A stretch of 64,000 nt of DNA from Macrostomum lignano (Eukaryota): the NCBI GenBank assembly GCA_002269645.1, contig NIVC01002102.1, forward strand, positions 124,001 through 188,000. The letters are read 5' to 3'. Each line of letters starts with the position of its first letter. Position 1 is the first letter of the stretch. The notes beneath the pieces are model-generated. The model saw only the letters and a list, made by a program, of their open reading frames with translations. It did not search any database and had not been told where the DNA came from. Made by a program: the position numbers and the translations under genes. Of this stretch, positions 11,955 through 25,659 are shown piece after piece.

Positions 11955-13795
11955 CAACCAGAAGTAGAGATAGAGCTGGCCACTCAGTGACCAACCAGAA
12001 GTAGAGATAGAGCTGGCCACTCAGTGACCAACCAGAAGTAGAGATAGAGCTGGCCACTCAGTGACCAACCAGAAGTAGAGATAGAGCTGGCCACTCAGTG
12101 ACCAACCAGAAGTAGAGATAGAGCTGGCCACCCAGTGACCAACTAGAAGTAGAGATAGAGCTAGCCACCCAGTGACCAACTAGAAGTAGAGATAGAGCTG
12201 GCCACTCAGTGACCAACTGGAAGTAGAGATAGAGCTGGCCACCCAGTGACCAACTGGAAGTAGAGATAGAGCTGCAATTCAGTGACCAACTAGAAGTAGA
12301 GATAGAGCTGCAATTCAGTGACCAACCAGAAGTAGAGATAGAGCTAGCCACTCAGTGACCAACCAGAAGTAGAGATAGAGCTGGCCACTCAGTGACCAAC
12401 CAGAAGTAGAGATAGAGCTGGCCACTCAGTGACCAACCAGAAGTAGAGATAGAGCTGCAATTCAGTGACCAACCAGAAGTAGAGATAGAGCTAGCCACTC
12501 AGTGACCAACCAGAAGTAGAGATAGAGCTGGCCACTCAGTGACCAACCAGAAGTAGAGATAGAGCTGCAATTCAGTGACCAACAAGAAGTAGAGATAGAG
12601 CTAGCCACTCAGTGACCAACCAGAAGTAGAGATAGAGCTGCAATTCAGTGACCAACAAGAAGTAGAGATAGAGCTAGCCACTCAGTGACCAACTGGAAGT
12701 AGAGACAAAGCTGGCCACCCAGTGACCAACCAGAAGTAGAGATAGAGCTGCAATTCAGTGACCAACCAGAAGTAGAGATAGAGCTGCAATTCAGTGACCA
12801 ACAAGAAGTAGAGATAGAGCTAGCCACTCAGTGACCAACCAGAAGTAGAGATAGAGCTGCAATTCAGTGACCAACCAGAAGTAGAGATAGAGCTGCAATT
12901 CAGTGACCAACCAGAAGTAGAGATAGAGCTGCAATTCAGTGACCAACAAGAAGTAGAGATAGAGCTAGCCACTCAGTGACCAACCAGAAGTAGGGATAGA
13001 GCTAGCCACTCAGTGACCAACCAGAAGTAGAGATAGAGCTAGCCACTCAGTGACCAACCAGAAGTAGAGATAGAGCTGCAATTCAGTGACCAACAAGAAG
13101 TAGAGATAGAGCTAGCCACTCAGTGACCAACCAGAAGTAGAGATAGAGCTGCAATTCAGTGACCAACAAGAAGTAGAGATAGAGCTAGCCACTCAGTGAC
13201 CAACTGGAAGTAGAGACAAAGCTGGCCACCCAGTGACCAACCAGAAGTAGAGATAGAGCTAGCCACTCAGTGACCAACCAGAAGTAGAGATAGAGCTGCA
13301 ATTCAGTGACCAACCAGAAGTAGAGATAGAGCTGCAATTCAGTGACCAACAAGAAGTAGAGATAGAGCTAGCCACTCAGTGACCAACCAGAAGTAGAGAT
13401 AGAGCTAGCCACTCAGTGACCAACCAGAAGTAGAGATAGAGCTGCAATTCAGTGACCAACAAGAAGTAGAGATAGAGCTAGCCACTCAGTGACCAACCAG
13501 AAGTAGAAATAGAGCTGCAATTCAGTGACCAACCAGAAGTAGAGATAGAGCTGCAATTCAGTGACCAACCAGAAGTAGAGATAGAGCTGCAATTCAGTGA
13601 CCAACCAGAAGTAGAGATAGAGCTGCAATTCAGTGACCAACCAGAAGTAGAGATAGAGCTGCAATTCAGTGACCAACCAGAAGTAGGGATAGAGCTAGCC
13701 ACTCAGTGACCAACCAGAAGTAGAGATAGAGCTAGCCACTCAGTGACCAACAAGAAGTAGAGACAGAGCTGGCCACCCAGTGACCAACCGGAAGT
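11955..13795. repeat. 36/37-bp minisatellite (cagtgaccaaccagaagtagagatagagctggccact), ~50 copies
   Basis: Period 37 (11961 to 11998); a 36-bp variant carries gctgcaattc; no spacers. Confidence 0.97.
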
Positions 13796-13821
13796 AGGGA
13801 ATCATCACGCCTCGCTCGGTA

Positions 13822-14361
13822 ATGATACCGCAGGTTCAACCAGGCGACACCCTGGAAGGCCTGGCGGCCCGCTATCGCAGCACACCGTCGGAGTTGCGCC
13901 GTTTGAATCGCCTCCCAACCCGCGACCTGTTCCCTGGCACGCGGCTGTTACTGCCAGATCCGGATGCTGTCGCTGTGGCCGCCACTCAGGCCTCTGTGGT
14001 GGACGGCGACTTGGACTGTCCGTCGGCGCCGGCGCCACCTGGCCACATTGAGCGCGTTGAAGATCCAAGCGAGCGGCAGTTTGTTAAAACTCGCGCCGGC
14101 CTGGCTACGCTAGTTGCTAAGGAAGCTAGCGAATCTAGCCAACAGTCTGAGGATTTGGATCCCCAGGAATCGGCCGTTGTATCCGGCACCCTGCTGGTGA
14201 CGCCGGAAACTCTGCTGTTCGATCCGGACGCGCACGATCCGCTTGTGATCGCCTCAGGTGCCGAGCCGTTCTGTCTGACCCACGAGCTGGCCGATGTGCA
14301 GTCTATCGGCGCTGTGTGGCCTCAGGGACCCGGGCCCGTGTGGCTGGAGGTGGCGCTAAAG
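13822..14361 (+). CDS. oxr1: OXR1/NCOA7 (mustard)-like protein, exon with LysM and GRAM-like domains
   Basis: LysM VQPGDTLEGLAARYRSTPSELRRLNRLPTRDLFPGTRLLLP; GRAM-like VVSGTLLVTPETLLFDP; phase-0 donor AAG|gtttct at 14361. The true 5' end may be the acceptor at 13833. Confidence 0.85.
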
Positions 14362-14384
14362 GTTTCTATGCGAGCGTAATGTTA

Positions 14385-14590
14385 ACCTGATCCCCATCCT
14401 GAATCCTCTGATCCCCACCCTGAATCCTCTGATCCCGTTCTTAAATCCCCTGATCCTCATCCTGAATCGTCTGATCCCCATCCTGAATCCTCTGATCCCC
14501 ATCCTGAATCCTCTGATCCCCATCCTGAATCGTCTGATCCCGATCTTGAATCCTCTGATCCCGATCCTGAATCCCGTTTTCCATGATCCT
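14385..14590. repeat. 21-bp intronic minisatellite (cctgaatcctctgatccccat)
   Basis: About 9 copies inside the oxr1 intron. Confidence 0.9.
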
Positions 14591-14734
14591 GAATTCTGTG
14601 GTCCCAAATCTGGACATTTTTTGTAAGCCTAAATCCTATGAGTAATTCTGATCTCCACGGAGCATCAGCAAATCCCAATAATAATTTCAAAATTCTCCTT
14701 TCTATTTTCTTCTCTAAAAATTCAACCTCTTCAG

Positions 14735-15835
14735 GTGGCATCGGACGCCGCCCGCTCCACGCCGCCGCCGTCGCCCAGGCAGCAGCAAAATCAGGCGCAG
14801 CAGCAGTCGGGCTCCAAGCGTCGCCGACGGCGCCTAACGTCAGCCAGCCGTCAGACGTCGCTGCGCTTCCGCGTCGAGTCCAGCGTTGCCGAACTGCTGC
14901 GCGGCTTCCTGCGCTCCCTGCCGGCCCCGGCGCCGCCAGCCTGCGGCAACAACGACACCAGCTTCGGTGCCGATTTCTCCTCCGGCGCCGCCGACCAATC
15001 AGCGCCGGGCGACAATCGAGCGCCGGCGTTTATTGAATCGTCCTTCCTGGCAACAACGCCAGGCGCCGATTCCGCTTCGGACGGCGCGGCCGGTTGGCGC
15101 CTTGTTAGCGCCGATCCCTCCGGCGTGCCCGCCGATCGCCTGCCGCTGCCCCGCCTGTTAGGCGGCGAGTCCCGACTGTTGAACAGTCGCCGCCTGCGGC
15201 ATCTGGTGCGCCGTCTGCCGCCGCGGGCCGAGGGCGCCGATCTGCGCCTGCTGTACAGGGCCAGCCGGCACGGATTCTCGCTACAGTCGGCCTACCGGGC
15301 CTGCCACTCGGGCGCCGATCCCGACGCCTACTGCCTGCTGCTGGTGGCCGACACTCGCAATCATCTGTTCGGCGCCTGCCTGTCGGCGCCGCCGCGCATG
15401 TCCGAGCACTACTACGGCACTGGCGAGACTTTCGTGTTCCGCTGGTCGCATCCCATTGGCCAGTTGAAGGCCGCCACAGCTGCTAAGGATGTTAAAAATG
15501 ATCCCGGAGTTGATATGGTCACCGCCGCCGCTGCCGACTCCGCCTCAAAGACTGTGACATCCGATGATTCAGATTTAGACGAAGACGAAGAGGACGACGT
15601 CCACAACCCGCTGACTAACGACTTCTATCACTACGCCTGGACTGGGGACAACTCCTTCTTTGAGCGCGGCGCCACTGATTCCTTTAATGTTGGCTCTCGC
15701 GCACTGTGGCTGGACTCCGGGCTCTATAGGGGCCGAACTCAGGCCTGCGACACCTTTGCTAGCCCTGTACTGACTGGCGCTGCCGAGGACTTTGTTGTGC
15801 AAGAATTGGAGCTGTGGTTGTTCACCTGCGAGTGA
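14735..15835 (+). CDS. oxr1: OXR1/NCOA7-like protein, terminal exon with TLDc domain
   Basis: Acceptor ctcttcag|GTG, phase 0. TLDc motifs LLYRASRHGFSL, LFGACLS, YYGTGETFVF, WTGDNSFF, LWLDSGLYRGRTQACDTFAS. Spliced product ~546 aa. Confidence 0.92.
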   Translation: MASDAARSTPPPSPRQQQNQAQQQSGSKRRRRRLTSASRQTSLRFRVESSVAELLRGFLRSLPAPAPPACGNNDTSFGADFSSGAADQSAPGDNRAPAFIESSFLATTPGADSASDGAAGWRLVSADPSGVPADRLPLPRLLGGESRLLNSRRLRHLVRRLPPRAEGADLRLLYRASRHGFSLQSAYRACHSGADPDAYCLLLVADTRNHLFGACLSAPPRMSEHYYGTGETFVFRWSHPIGQLKAATAAKDVKNDPGVDMVTAAAADSASKTVTSDDSDLDEDEEDDVHNPLTNDFYHYAWTGDNSFFERGATDSFNVGSRALWLDSGLYRGRTQACDTFASPVLTGAAEDFVVQELELWLFTCE

Positions 15836-15979
15836 TCAGCATTATTGATTGCCAGATTGAGACTCCGGCTTTTCCCGCTGATTTGCCTTCTCGTAGCTCA
15901 GATCTAGTCCTGTCCGCCTTCACTGGCCAGCTTTCTTCTCCGCCTGTCCCGTCCGTTGTGTCTGGATTTTCCTGTCTTC

Positions 15980-16690
15980 ATTTCATCCTCTTCCGCATCC
16001 TCTTCCGCCCTTCCTCCGCCTTCATGTTTTCCGCCTTCATGTTTTCCGCCCTCTCTTCCGCCCTCTCTTCCGCCCTCTCTTCCGCCCTCTCTTCCGCCCT
16101 TTCTCCGCCTTCTTGTTTTCCGCCCTCTCTTCCGCCCCCTCTTGCGCCCCCCTCTTCTGCCCCCTCATCCGCCCCCCTCTTCCACCCCCTTCCGTCCCTC
16201 TCTTCCACCCCCTTCCGTCCCCTCTTCCGCCCCCTTCCGTCCCCCCTTCGCCCCCTCATCCGCCCCCCTCATCCGCCCCCCTCTTCCACCCCTTCCGTCC
16301 CCCTCTTCCACCCCCTTCCGTCCCCCTCTTCCGCCCCCCTTCCGTCCCCCCTTCGCCCCCTCTTCCGCCTCCCTCTTCCGCCTCCCTCTTCCGCATCCTC
16401 TTCCGCCCTACCTGCGTCTTCTTGTTTTGTGCCCTCTTTTTTGCCCCTCTTCCGCCCCCTCTTCCGACCCCTCTTCCGCCTCCCTCTTCCGCCCCCTTCC
16501 GTCCCCCTCTTCCGCCCCTTCTTCTGCCCTACCTGGGCCTTCTTGTTTTCCACCCTCTCTTCAGCCTCCCTCTTCCGCCCTCTCTTCCGCCCTTTCTCCG
16601 CCTTCCACTTTCTTTCCGATCCCCTCTCCGCTCCCGTTGTTCCGCGTCTCTCGGGCCTACATGTACTTCCCCCCTTCTTCCACCCCGCAG
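15980..16690. repeat. C-rich low-complexity repeat (ccgccctcttccg-like) downstream of oxr1
   Basis: Degenerate 11-13 bp motifs; source of the Pro/Ser-rich ORFs. Confidence 0.85.
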
Positions 16691-17189
16691 TTCTCCTGGT
16701 CCTTTCGCTGTCCCATTTTTTAAGACAGTTTATAATTTTCTTTTCATCTTCTTTACTATCGCTAATTACTCTCTATTCCTTTACAAATTGAAGAGATTTC
16801 ATGAGGCTATTTCTAATATAACAAATAATAGGTGTCTCAACCTTTAGCTTTTTAATTTTGCTTTCATAATCACCTCTGATCAAACAGAGGCTGTCTTCAA
16901 GTACATGTGGATTACTTTTCTATGTTTTGTTATCATTTTCTGTTAACTTTTTAATACAGAAATTCCCGCCTTTCTACTTATATGTATATAATCCTGCTGT
17001 AAGAGAAGTAGTTCAGTTGGAGAATGTGCATTATATGTATTTTTAATATACAAAAATTATTTCCTCCTGATATATCAATCGATTTATTTCCACCCTATGG
17101 ACTGCCACGCTTCCACGCTGCTGCTGCTGCTGCAGGAACTTCCAAACTCTGATCTGCATTATTGCTATAACTATACACACAGATACTAA

Positions 17190-17638
17190 AATAACTAGAT
17201 GGGCCACTCAGACGCATATACTTAATAAAACAGCTTTCTACTTTCAGTTCAGTAGCAAAGAATAATACATAAGCTATTTTATAAAAATAGTGCCAGCTGA
17301 AACGACTTCAATAAATTTAGAATAGAAGCCCAAGCTTGCAGGCGTAAACAACTTGCTAATTGGTTCAACAGTAATGTACATTGGCCAGTCCACTGAAATG
17401 TACATGGCAGCTTTAGGCTGGAATTCCGAGAAAGGCAATAAAAATTGGGGCAGGGCGGGCGGGGGGGGGTAGTGTGGAAAGGCGCAGTTGGAGGTTTGAG
17501 TGGGGGGGGGTGGGTAAGAGCCAATAAATGACCTTGTCTTTAAAAATAGATTAAAATGCTTCTGTTTAACTTGCTACTGAACTGAAAGTAGCTTACATGC
17601 AAATGTGCTGAGTGGCCCACCTAAGCCATCTAGTTATT
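17190..17638. mobile_element. MITE-like element with ~70-100 bp imperfect inverted arms
   Basis: Left arm aataactagatgggccactcag...ctactttcagttcagtagcaa; right arm ttgctactgaactgaaagtag...ctgagtggccca...ccatctagttatt. Confidence 0.65.
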
Positions 17639-18224
17639 CTCTAGTAATCTGTGAACTATACTCTGCGTTAACTATATGATTCACATAGACTCTCGCCCTT
17701 CAAGGGCTTATACATCAAGATTAATATTTTGAGGAAGCAGGTAACACAGGACATTGTGTCATTTCTTCGTGTCACTATGTGTACATCCCAACTCACACCC
17801 TGCAGACTTATTCGCAAAGGTTGCTAATCTTGCACATTATTATATTGAACATTGTACAGCGTATTACATAATATTAATCCTTTATTATTATTGTTATTAT
17901 TAAGTTCATAATCATTATTAAGGAAAGTTATTCTTTTTTTCCTAGGTTCTCTGGTTTTTCTATGCACTGGAAAATTAAGCCCAATTATGTTTTTTTAGTA
18001 TACAGAATATATTCGCTGTTCATTTTACTTTTACTGTCATTAGAATTTATTTGACCCATATCAGAGCGCTTGTCTGTCTGAGCGAGTGCTAATATTGAAT
18101 TTTGATTGCAGTTTATTTCTTATTCGACTACTTTGAGTAGGGGACACGATGCGTGCTCCATTTTTTAAGATTTAACTTTAAAAATGAACATTTCTATCAA
18201 ATGTTCTAGTTCAATTGGGGTATG

Positions 18225-18810
18225 ACTTACTCGAGTATCTCATGACTTACTCGAGTATCTCATGACTTACACTAGGGTATCTTATCACTTACACTAGAGT
18301 ATCCCATATTGACTTACTTGACTTAGCTGCAGGGTGGTCCGTAGACACAGCGGGGAGGCGAGGGTCACCCATTCCGCTAATCCCTTAAAGCCCGAAGACA
18401 GGCAGAGGCGTGGGGCCGGTCAGGGTGGAGTATCTGAGTGAGTATCTCATCACTTACTTGGGTAGGCTCGGGTATCTCATGACTTACACTTGGTATCTCA
18501 TCACTTACACTAGGGTATCTCATCACTTACACTTGGGTATCTCATCACTTACACTTGGGTATCTCATCACTTACACTTGGGTATCTCATCACTTACACTT
18601 GGGTATCTCATCACTTACACTTGGGTATCTCATCACTTACACTAAGGTATATCATCACTTACACTAGGGTATCTCATCACTTACACCAGGGTATCTCATC
18701 ACTTACACCAGGGTATCTCATCACTTACACTAAGGTATCTCATGACTTACACCAGGGTATCTCATGACTTACTCGGGTATCTCATGACTTACTCGGGTAT
18801 CTCATGACTC
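18225..18810. repeat. 22-bp minisatellite (gggtatctcatcacttacactt), interrupted at ~18310-18450
   Basis: 22-nt period visible over 18480-18760. Confidence 0.92.
18310..18445 (-). mobile_element. Probable 3' terminus of a LINE (RTE-like) with AAGTC/AAGT tail
   Basis: Minus strand ends ccctgcagctaagtcaagtaagtcaa; the same 18-mer occurs at 47695-47712. Confidence 0.4.
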
Positions 18811-19214
18811 TCCGTATGTCTTTAAGTTACAATTTTTCTCGGAATTCCGCAACAATCTGCTCAGACGGTTAGCTGTCATTAGCCGAGAGTCTGGAAGCTC
18901 CACCATCATCGCCAGCAGCCAATGGACTCATAAAGATGATGGACTCATAATGACAGCCAACCAGCTTACAGCTTCAAGCATACAATTAGCACCTATTTTA
19001 CCGAGAGTAATTGCTTGCTACTCAGCAGCTTACACAAATGCCATATTAACTTCTCCGCTATTCTTGGGGCTACAGTTGAAACAAACAGGTCAGTCTGGCT
19101 GTAACACTGAATTGCAGTCCGTTAGAGCCTTGCGTTGGCACCGTTGTTTATGCCAGTCTTTATGACTACCGCGAAGAGGTAATTATTGAATTTTTTATTT
19201 TTTTTCTGCGCTTG

Positions 19215-20150
19215 AAAGAAGAGGGAGTGGGAGACAGGTAGAGGGGAGTGGGAGACGGGTAGAGGGGATTGGGAGACGGGTAGAGGGGATTGGGAGACAG
19301 GTAGAGGGGATTGGGAGACAGGTAGAGGGGAGTGGGAGACAGGTAGAGGGGATTGGGAGACAGGTAGAGGGGATTGGGAGACAGGTAGAGGGGAGTGGGA
19401 GACAGGTAGAGGGGATTGGGAGACAGGTAGAGGGGATTGGGAGACAGGTAGAGGGGAGTGGGAGACAGGTAGAGGGCAGTGGGAGACAGGTAGAGGGGAG
19501 TGGGAGACAGGTAGAGGGGAGTGGGAGACAGGTAGAGGGCAGTGGGAGACAGGTAGAGGGCAGTGGGAGACAGGTAGAGGGGAGTGGGAGACAGGTAGAG
19601 GGGAGTGGGAGACGGGTAGAGGGGATTGGGAGACAGGTAGAGGGGATTGGGAGACAGGTAGAGGGGAGTGGGAGACAGGTAGAGGGGATTGGGAGACAGG
19701 TAGAGGGGATTGGGAGACAGGTAGAGGGGAGTGGGAGACAGGTAGAGGGCAGTGGGAGACAGGTAGAGGGGAGTGGGAGACAGGTAGAGGGGAGTGGGAG
19801 ACAGGTAGAGGGCAGTGGGAGACAGGTAGAGGGCAGTGGGAGACAGGTAGAGGGGAGTGGGAGACAGGTAGAGGGCAGTGGGAGACAGGTAGAGGGGAGT
19901 GGGAGACAGGTAGAGGGCAGTGGGGGACAGGTAGAGGGGAGTGGGAGACAGGTAGAGGGCAGTGGGAGACAGGTAGAGGGGAGTGGAAGACAGGTCGAGA
20001 AAAGTGGGAGACAGGTAGAGGGTAGTGGAAGACAGGTAGAGAAAAGTGGGAGACAGGTAGAGGGCAGTGGGAGACAGGTAGAGGGCAGGGGGAGACAGGT
20101 AGAGGGCAGTGGAAGACAGGTAGAGAAAAGTGGGAGACAGGTAGAGGGTA
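19215..20150. repeat. 21-bp G-rich minisatellite (gggagacaggtagaggggagt), ~44 copies
   Basis: Heptapeptide HSPLPVS periodicity in the ORF track. Confidence 0.97.
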
Positions 20151-20589
20151 ATGAAAGGGAGGAGAGGTGAAGACAGAGCTGGATGAGAAAGAGATCATTT
20201 GTTGCACGGGGGCTGCGTATCTAATATACCTGAAAGCAGACAAGATATCCAGTTTATCCTAATTGAGTTGTAAACTGGATCATAAAAATCTAAAAAGATT
20301 TTCAAGCTTTTTAAGTTTTTAATAGCAAGACGTGCGGATACGAATGTAACGACTATAATATAGCAGAAGGCATGCCCGCCACGCTTTAGAATTTTTTTAC
20401 TTATTGAAGACTTGTGTTTTTTGCAATAATTAGAGATCTCATTTGATATAAAGTTTTTACAACTTGCGCCTAACTATTTAATTATGGGACTTAAAAGAAA
20501 CCTCAAGTTTTTGAGACTCCGATCCGAAAAAATTGATATAGATGTTTCGATTCATGCAACTTCAGATAAAGATGAGGCTTCTAGATATT

Positions 20590-21796
20590 TAGACACTTGG
20601 CCTTCTGGATATAGACACTTAGAGTTCTAGATATAGACACTTGGCCATCTGGATATAGACACTTAGAGTTCTAGATATAGACACTTGGCCATCTGGATAT
20701 AGACACTTAGAGTTCTAGATATAGACACTTGGCCTTCTGGATAACACTTAGAGTTCTAGATATAGACACTTGGCCTTCTGGATATAGACACTTAGAGTTC
20801 TAGATAGAGACACCTGGCCTTCTGGATATAGACACTTAGAGTTCTAGATATAGACACTTGGCCTTCTGGATACAGACACTTAGTGTTCTAGATATAGACA
20901 CTTGGCCTTCTGGATATAGACACTTAGAGTTCTAGATATAGACACTTGGCCTTCTGGATATAGACACTTAAAGTTCTAGATATAGACACTTGGCCTTCTG
21001 GATATAGACACTTAGAGTTCTAGATATAGACACTTGGCCTTCTGGATATAGACACTTAGAGTTCTAGATATAGACACTTGGCCCTCTAGGCATAGACACT
21101 TAGCCCTCTAGACATAGACACTTAGCCCTCTAGACATAGACACTTAGTCCTCTAGACATAGACACTTAGCTCTCTAGACATAGACAGTTAGCCCTCTAGA
21201 CATGGACACTTAGTCCTCTAGACACAGACACTTAGTCCTCTAGACATAGACACTTAGCCCTCTAGACATAGACACTTAGTCCTCTGGACACAGACACTTA
21301 GCCCTCTAGACATAGACACTTAGCTCTCTAGACATAGACACTCAGTCCTCTAGACATAGACACTTAGCCCTCTAGACATAGACACTTATAGCCCTCTAGA
21401 CACTTAGCTCTCTAGACATAGACACTTAGCCCTCTAGACACAGACACTTAGCCCTCTAGACCCAGACACTTAGCCCTCTAGACACAGACACTTAGCCCTC
21501 TAGACATAGACACTTAGCTCTCGAGACATAGACACTTAGCCCTCTAGACCCAGACACTTAGCCCTCTAGACATAGACACTTATAGCCCTCTAGACACTTA
21601 GCTCTCTAGACATAGACACTTAGCCCTCTAGACACAGACACTTAGCCCTCTAGACCCAGACACTTAGCCCTCTAGACACAGACACTTAGCCCTCTAGACA
21701 TAGACACTTAGCTCTCGAGACATAGACACTTAGCCCTCTAGACCCAGACACTTAGCCCTCTAGACACAGACACTTAGCCCTCTAGACCCAGACACT
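20590..21796. repeat. 22-bp minisatellite; 44-bp dimeric unit to ~21070, then monomer gacacttagccctctagacata
   Basis: Alternating gacacttggccttctggatata / gacacttagagttctagatata, then a single unit type. Confidence 0.95.
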
Positions 21797-21805
21797 ATCC
21801 TGCAG

Positions 21806-22062
21806 CAGTACAGCCCCAATTGCTCCTCTTCACTCGCCGTTGCCAAGCAGAAACTTCATCGTTCCGGCCAGCCAGCCTCCGAACCGCTGCTGAGGTGTTT
21901 CGCCTGCTCAGAGCCCATAGTCCAGCGCTATCTGCTCCAGGTGGATGGCAGGCAGTTTCATTCAAACTGTCTGCGCTGCTGCCGCTGCTCGGCTTCGCTG
22001 GAATGGTGCACCAGCTGCTTCTGTCGGCAGGGCAGGATCTTCTGCCGCCGGGACTACTGGCT
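21806..22062 (+). CDS. lhx2/9: LIM-homeobox protein (Lhx2/9, apterous-like), LIM1 exon
   Basis: cctgcag|CAG... translates CFACSEPIVQRYLLQVDGRQFHSNCLRCCRCSASLEWCTSCFCRQGRIFCRRDYW; phase-2 donor CT|gtgagc. This frame is absent from the ORF track; the 5' exon is unresolved. Confidence 0.9.
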
Positions 22063-22084
22063 GTGAGCTGTCTGTGCAATCCCT

Positions 22085-22625
22085 AAGCTTCCCGATCCCC
22101 CCAAGCTTCCCGATTCCCTCCAAGCTTCCCGATTCCCCCCAAGCTTCCCAATTCCCTCCAAGCTTCCCAATTCCCTCCAAGCTTCCCGATTCCCCTAAAC
22201 TTCACAATTCCCCCCAAACTTCACAATTCCCCCCAAACTTCACAATTCCCTCCAAGCTTCCCAATTCCCCTAAACTTCACAATTCCCCCCATCTTCACCA
22301 TTTCCCCAAACTTCACAATTCCCCGACTTCACAATTCCCCAGACTTCACAATTCCCCAGACTTCACAATTCCCCAGACTTCACAATTCCCCCGTCTTCAC
22401 AATTCTCCAGCCCTCACAATTCCCCGACTTCACAATTCCCCCGATTTCACAATTCCCCAGACTTCACAATTCCCCAGACTTCACAATTCCCCAGACTTCA
22501 CAATTCCCCCGACTTCACAATTCTCCAGCCCTCACAATTCCCCGACTTCACAATTCCCCCGATTTCACAATTCCCCAGACTTCACAATTCCCCAGACTTC
22601 ACAATTCCCCCGACTTCACAATTCT
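22085..22625. repeat. ~17-bp intronic minisatellite (cttcacaattccccaga)
   Basis: Fills almost the whole LIM1-LIM2 intron. Confidence 0.9.
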
Positions 22626-22644
22626 TAAATTTTTCATCTTTTAG

Positions 22645-22994
22645 GCTGTTCGGCAACTCAGCCAGCAGCTGCCAGGCCTGCCGAGTTTTCCTCCGGCCAG
22701 GCGAGCCCGTGATGCGAGCCCGAGACCTCCTGTACCATCCCGGCTGCTTCGCCTGCGGCGTCTGCGGCCGGCGGCTGGCGACTGGCGACAGATTTGTCTT
22801 GACCGACAGCGCCGCGGGTCAACTGCGCTGCCAGCTGCACTCGCCGCTGACAGAGCAGCCGCTGAAGCCGGCGAAGCGCCAGCGGCAGCGATCGAAACTG
22901 GCCAAGGCGTGGAGGCGGCAGCGGCGGGCGGCGGAGCTGCGGGACTCGGATGTTGGGGACAAAATCCTCTCGGTGGCGTCCGACAAAACGACAG
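22645..22994 (+). CDS. lhx2/9: LIM-homeobox protein, LIM2 exon
   Basis: ttttag|G CTG TTC...; [42 protein letters not shown]...CQLH; phase-1 donor G|gtgaga. Confidence 0.9.
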
Positions 22995-23005
22995 GTGAGA
23001 GACAT

Positions 23006-24815
<1,810 letters not shown>

Positions 24816-25659
24816 CGCCAGGTCCTCAGAGCAGATGGTTCAGTAGCAGAGCAGAATGTCATGTCGAGCAGAAACTTGGACAATGCATTACACTGCGATA
24901 AAGAAATGAAAAAGAGTTAGATATGAGAAAGCCCGCTAAAAGCCCACTCAACACCTTTGCTCAGCACTCGTGGATGCGGAGTGTTAAATGGCTCAGCAGA
25001 TCTGTCAGCCCTAAGCCGCTAAACTCCAAATAACACTCAAGATTGAGCAGTTGAAGAAAAACAGCTCAACACAACCGAGAGATTCTCTTTTTCGGTTCAA
25101 AACACTTATTGCTCAGCCAGAAGACTCCACTAGCTTGGATTTCTGCCAAGATTGCGCAGAGTTTTTTGAGTTCATGGCTTTGTCAAATGGGTCTTCAAGT
25201 GTCCCCCTGTCTGCTCAGGGGCCACTTCCTGTGGTGGGAGCTGAACTGGCGATGGCACTGGAGATTCGCAGCGGGTTGCCTCTCATCAGGTGTTGCTCTT
25301 CTCTACTGAGGTGGGGGCTGCCTGGGGTGAGCAGAGCTTCGAGTATTTGCAGTAAGCTGAGCGAATGCAATCTAATTAATTTGTCCTTTAAGTATTGTTA
25401 TGGTATGTAAAACTGCTTACTGTAACAGGCTTTTTCATACTTTTGACAGATTTTATTTTTATAATTTATCATCCTTTCATCTCTACAAAATCTTCTCTTC
25501 CCCATCCCCTCCATTTTCTTCCCCATCGCCACCCATTCTCTTCCTCATCCCCTCACATTCTCTTCCCCATCCCTCACATTCTCTTCCCCATTCCTCACAT
25601 TCTCTTCCTGAGGTATGAGACACTTGTCTAACAGTTTACATCCCGCTTCCCAAATCCAG

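Noticed and set aside
11955-13795. CRISPR-like appearance of 36/37-bp repeats (also the 43-bp array at 45700)
   Set aside because: Units are head-to-tail with no unique spacers, there are no cas genes, and the context is eukaryotic
17097-17190. Short ORF MDCHASTLLLLLQELP... as first exon of the LIM-homeobox gene
   Set aside because: No splice donor before its stop and no homology
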